Shown here: positions 59,894-64,000 of the stretch, piece by piece
Layout of the letters: each line of letters begins with the position of its first letter
How positions within the stretch are numbered: position 1 is the stretch's first letter
Assembly: GCA_025594325.1 (NCBI GenBank)
Contig: JANHCV010000004.1
Coordinates: 620,001-684,000, forward strand
From: Blastocladiella emersonii ATCC 22665
Taxonomy: Eukaryota > Fungi > Blastocladiomycota
Length of the DNA stretch: 64,000 nucleotides
Direction: 5' to 3'
The notes under the pieces: model-generated
What the model was told of the DNA's origin: nothing
The model's input: the letters and a program-made list of their open reading frames with translations, nothing else
Databases searched by the model: none
Position numbers and translations under genes: made by a program

Positions 59894-62628
59894 ATGATGG
59901 GCCGCGACCCCGCCGCCGCCGCTGCCGCCATGAGCGACTGCGACGTCCTCATGTCGGACCTCGACCCGCCGCCGCCTTCAGTCTCCGCGCGGCAGCCCGT
60001 GTTCGCCGAGCCCGACCGCGTGTCGCAGGCCGCCGCCTACATCAACCAGGAGCTGGCCATGGACGGTCTGGCGCCGCTGCAGTTCGAGGGCGCGACGACC
60101 GAGCAGGCGGCCGACATCCTGAACGTCGTGTACATGCTGCTGCAGCAGCGGCGCAGCGACCGCGACTACCGCGCCGACCTCGAGGCCAACATGCACCGGC
60201 TGCGCAGCGACTACCAGACGGGCGTCACCACGGCGCAGCGGCTCCAGGCCAAGGTCGACGCGCGCGAGCGCGAGCTGCGCGACCACATTGCCCGCCTCAC
60301 CAAGCTCGACACGCAGCACCGCGACCTCGTCGAGCGCAGTAAGAATACCGCCGAGGAGCTCAAGCTGTGCAAGGCCAATTTCGCCAAGGCCAAGGACCAT
60401 TTCATGGTAGGGTACGCTCCCCCCGCTCAACGACTCCCGGCCTTGCTCCTTCGCCCACCCTCGCCATCTCGAATTGCTCACTCACGCATACCCCAAACCC
60501 GTCCCTGTAGCACGAGAAGCGCAAGTGGGAGCGCGAGCTGACCGCCGCCAAGGTCAAGTTCCAGCGCCTGACGACCGACCGCCTCAAGGAGGCCAAGCTG
60601 TCCTTCCGCGTCGCCAACAACGTGCTCCCCGCCGCCGCCTCGTCGCGCACCGGCTACCGCGCCGCCGGCGCAAGCCGCACCACCACCACCACCACCTCGC
60701 CCGAGACCGACTACCACCTGCAGGTCCTGCGCGCCGTCGAGGCCCGCGAGCAGCAGCTCCTCGCCGAGAACGACGCCCTCAAGCGCGCCATGTATGACAT
60801 CTGGATGGAGCTGCAGAACCTGCACTCGACGTGCGTTGACGGCATCCAGGTCATCGACCTGCCGTTCGAGCTCGTCCGCGAGACGGTCCTCGACCGTACC
60901 CGCCAGGCGATCGCCGCCGTCCGCGACGAGTGGTACGAGCACACGGACGCCGCGCTCGCTGCCGCCGAGGCCGCCGAGGCTGCGGCCCAGGCGAACGAGG
61001 CCGAGGAGAAGATCCAGCAGACCAACCACCAGATCGACGCACTCACCGACCGCATCCTCTCGTCGATGCAGGCCGAGGTGGTGGGCATGGACAATTTCAT
61101 GGGCACCACCCTCGCACCCGCGTCTTCGGCTCCCGCCGTTGCCCCCGCCGCCGCCGGGAGCAGCCGACTCGCCGATATCGGCCTGCCTACCGGCGGCAAT
61201 CGCCCGCCCGCCGTCGCCGCCCGCGCCGCCGGTGGGTGGAACCAGTTCGCCGGCCGCCCACTCTCCTTCACGAGCGACACGGACGAGTCGCGCGCGCGCA
61301 TCCAGGCCAACTACCAGCGCATGCACGAGGAGCAGGAGCTCGCGACGCGCAAGGCCCGCGAGCTCGACGAGGAGCGCCAGCGGATCCGCCAGGCCGAGCG
61401 CGACCTCGAGCAGCGCCAGGCCCAGCTCGATCTCGAGCAGCGTAAGGCTGCTGCTGCTGCTGCTGCCGCTGCTGCATCGGGTGCTGCCGCCGCCATGACC
61501 CCGCAGCGCGCGCGGCTCGCGGCCGCCACCGCCACGACGAACCCGCGGTTCTCGACCGCGTCCATGAACGCATTCCTCCAGCAGCTGCAGCGCGCCGAGG
61601 AGCCCATGGATATCGGGACCGACGACGACGGATACGAGTACGACCAGTTTGCGCGCGGGCCTCGCGGCGGGTCCGGCGCGAGCGACGCGTACGGAGCGGT
61701 CGCCAACGCGGCCGAAGGCGAGCCCCAAGGCGAGCTCGAGGCCGGCGGCGCGTTCAGCTCGATCGCGGGCAATGTGACCGAGACCCCGCGGTCGATGCAG
61801 ACCATGACGAGCAACCACGGCGGCGCGTCGTGGTTCGGCAACGCGTCGCGGATCGGTGACACGCCCGGGTCGCTCGCGTCGTCGCCCCACGCCGCCGTTA
61901 CCTCGGCTCCCCCACCCGCATCGTCGTCGGCGGCGCTGTTCGGCACCAACATGTGGTCGACGCCCAACCCGCACCCGGACCTCAACACGCCGCCGTCCAA
62001 CCCGGCCGCGTTCATGGCGCGGTCCGCGATGCGCCAGCAGCAGCAGCAGCACGTCGCGGCAACCCCCTCGGGCCCATCGGCCGCCGCCACGCCCAGCGCG
62101 GCGCGCACGGTCAAGATCTCGCCGCAGTCGGTCGCGTACACGGCGGGCGGCGGCAACCTGGCCGTGTCGACGGCGCTCGGGTCGTCGTTTTCGTCGTCGG
62201 CGACTGCGTCCCGGCCGGGCAGCGCGCTCGCCGCTGCGTCCCGGTTCGGCGCGCATCTCGCGAATGGTGGACTTGTCCGGTCACACAGCGACGGGCACCT
62301 CGGGCTTCACCACACGTCGCCGCAATCGACGCACTCGCCGGGGCACCCGGGCGGCGACTCGACGACGGCGTCGGGCGACCTGCGCGACGACGAGCTCGAC
62401 GCGATCGAGCTCGTGGCGGCCAACGCGTCGGCGGCGCGGCACCACGACCAGCAGCAGCAGCGCGCGCGGGGCCAGTTCGCTTTCAACCCGGCGGGGATGC
62501 AGCAGTCAACATCGGGGTCGCGGCCGGGGTCCCGGCTCGCCGGCGCGTCCAGCATGCGGAGCAGCAGCGCGGCGGGGAACAACGGTGCGGGCGCGGGTGC
62601 AGAGCAGTGGGCGGTGCGCCGCGGCTGA
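59894..62628 (+). CDS. ADIP/SSX2IP/Msd1-family centriolar-satellite or SPB coiled-coil protein; intron 60407..60510
   Basis: AAAYINQELAMDGL...ILNVVYMLLQQR..D...R.DLE...RLRSD is the ADIP family signature, followed by coiled coils and a disordered C-terminus. Confidence 0.78.
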
Positions 62629-63468
62629 AACGGGGCGCGCCCTCGTTGTCGTGATGGCGGACGTGATGGGCTGATGATATATATTGCGCGCGTGACTGAC
62701 TCGTTGCATTCGATTCGATCTCAGGCTTCGTGAGGGTAGGGTATGAGGGCTATCAGCTTCCATCAGGTGCGGCGACGAGCAGCAGCCACGGATAGCATCG
62801 CGGGCGACGACGGCCGTGGCCAGGGAGCTGCGTGTGAGGTTGCACATCACGGGCGGTTCAACGGCTCGCCGTCATCGACGGTGGCGCAGTCGCTGGCGCT
62901 GGCCCCCAGCCGCGTAGCCGAGATCCCTTCCAGTACATCCCCCGGGCGTGAAACTGGTGCCGCGGCAAGCCCTTGCGATGGGGCGCCGCAGCGCGCCACG
63001 GCGTGGGTAGACTCGAGCAGTAGTCAGCCACGGGTCATCGGGGCGTCGCAGGTGGCGGTCCCTGGCCACAGCGCAATAGCACGGTGGCGAGGGCGAGGGG
63101 CCGGGTAGCGCGGCCGTGGTCGGGCACCGTTCCGTGTTGCCGTCACACACGCACGCCATCGCACAGGATGCGGCGACGGGGCCGAGGTCGTTATCCGGGC
63201 GCGCCTGGGCGGACCGACTACAAGTGCCCCGCGCTCCCCCGCCCCGCTCTCCCGACTCCCGTCTCCCAACCATCGTCGACAACCCGTCTCCCGTCTTGCG
63301 GCCGCAGACTTTGCACTTCTCGTCGTCGGCTCGACCGATCACCTCGTTCGCTCGGACCGCGCGCCGATCAAGCAAGCAAGCGCCCCGCTCCATTTCTCCG
63401 CGATCGCGACGGACGCTTCGCCGCTCTTCACCCGAGTTCCCGCCCCGCTCCGTCGCCTCGGCCCGGCC

Positions 63469-64000
63469 ATGTCCTTCCCATCTCCCCACCACGCCGCCGG
63501 CACGGCTCAGCCGCAGTCGCCGCCCGACTGGGCCCAGCTCCTGTCGCCGACCGCCGGCCACCCGATCCTGTCGTACGGCGCCGCCTCGATGCCGGCCGTG
63601 GCGTCCACGCTCTCGGCGTCGCCACCGGTCGCGGGGGCAGGGCGCCAGGTCTCGGCGCCCGCCAGCGACACCGAGTCGGCCACGTCGGCCACCACGCCGT
63701 CGACGTCGACGGGGAAGCCGGCCAAGCGCGCGCGCGTGTCTCATGTACGTTGCGCAACAGAACTCGGGTCGGGCGCGTCGCTGACACACTTCGACCGCGA
63801 ATCTAGGCGTGTGAAGGGTGTAAACGGCGCAAGGTCAAGTGCAGCGGCGACGTACGTTCACTTCCCTCTCGCCCTCACACAGACCGATTTCTAACCACCC
63901 TCCCCGCCCTCCAGCTCCCATGCACCCACTGCGCGGCCTTTGCGCTGCAGTGCGAGTACAAGACGCAGGGCAAGCGCGGCGCGAGCGCGCTGCTCGACGG
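63469..64000 (+). CDS. Zn(II)2Cys6 fungal transcription factor, 5' part only (runs off the window); introns about 63746..63807 and 63852..63916
   Basis: Splicing gives KRARVSH|ACEGCKRRKVKCSGD|LPCTHCAAFALQCEYKTQGKRG, a canonical six-Cys binuclear cluster. Confidence 0.9.

Noticed and set aside
1-64000. tRNA, rRNA or CRISPR loci
   Set aside because: No cloverleaf or T-loop (GTTCGA in a stem context), rRNA-like segments or repeat-spacer arrays were recognised by eye. A tRNAscan-SE or Infernal run would be decisive.

Overview
Intron-containing, GC-rich eukaryotic DNA, almost certainly from a flagellated (zoosporic) fungus. IFT122, SPATA4 and an SSX2IP-family gene occur with fungal-type Zn2Cys6 and Mif2/CENP-C genes; a Blastocladiomycota-like origin is an inference. 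Introns are short, with GTACGT/GTGCGT/GTGAGC donors, CTGAC/CTAAC branch points and YAG acceptors. The conserved core comprises a BK/Slo K+ channel, CENP-C, TFIIS, Tim23, Bud31, a putative mS26, IFT122, an M1 aminopeptidase, a MEF2 MADS-box factor, Rpt2, Coq5, SPATA4, PITHD1, a two-RRM protein and ADIP/SSX2IP. Interspersed accessory loci are the most interesting part: (i) a visibly AT-richer 7.5 kb tandem array of a lineage-specific F-box-like family (one intact copy, two pseudogenes, one fragment) sharing a conserved Cys/His + CxxC cluster; (ii) a class A opsin-like GPCR that keeps the E113-equivalent but lacks the retinal lysine; (iii) two tandem zinc-finger paralogues with identical intron positions, one followed by a 221-codon in-frame extension behind a TAG; (iv) a prodomain-less acidic metacaspase; (v) a Cys-rich type I membrane protein; (vi) an alpha/beta-hydrolase-like pseudoenzyme; (vii) an FAD-oxidoreductase pseudogene. 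No tRNA, rRNA, CRISPR array or transposase was recognised. All assignments come from manual translation and motif recognition; no database searches were run.
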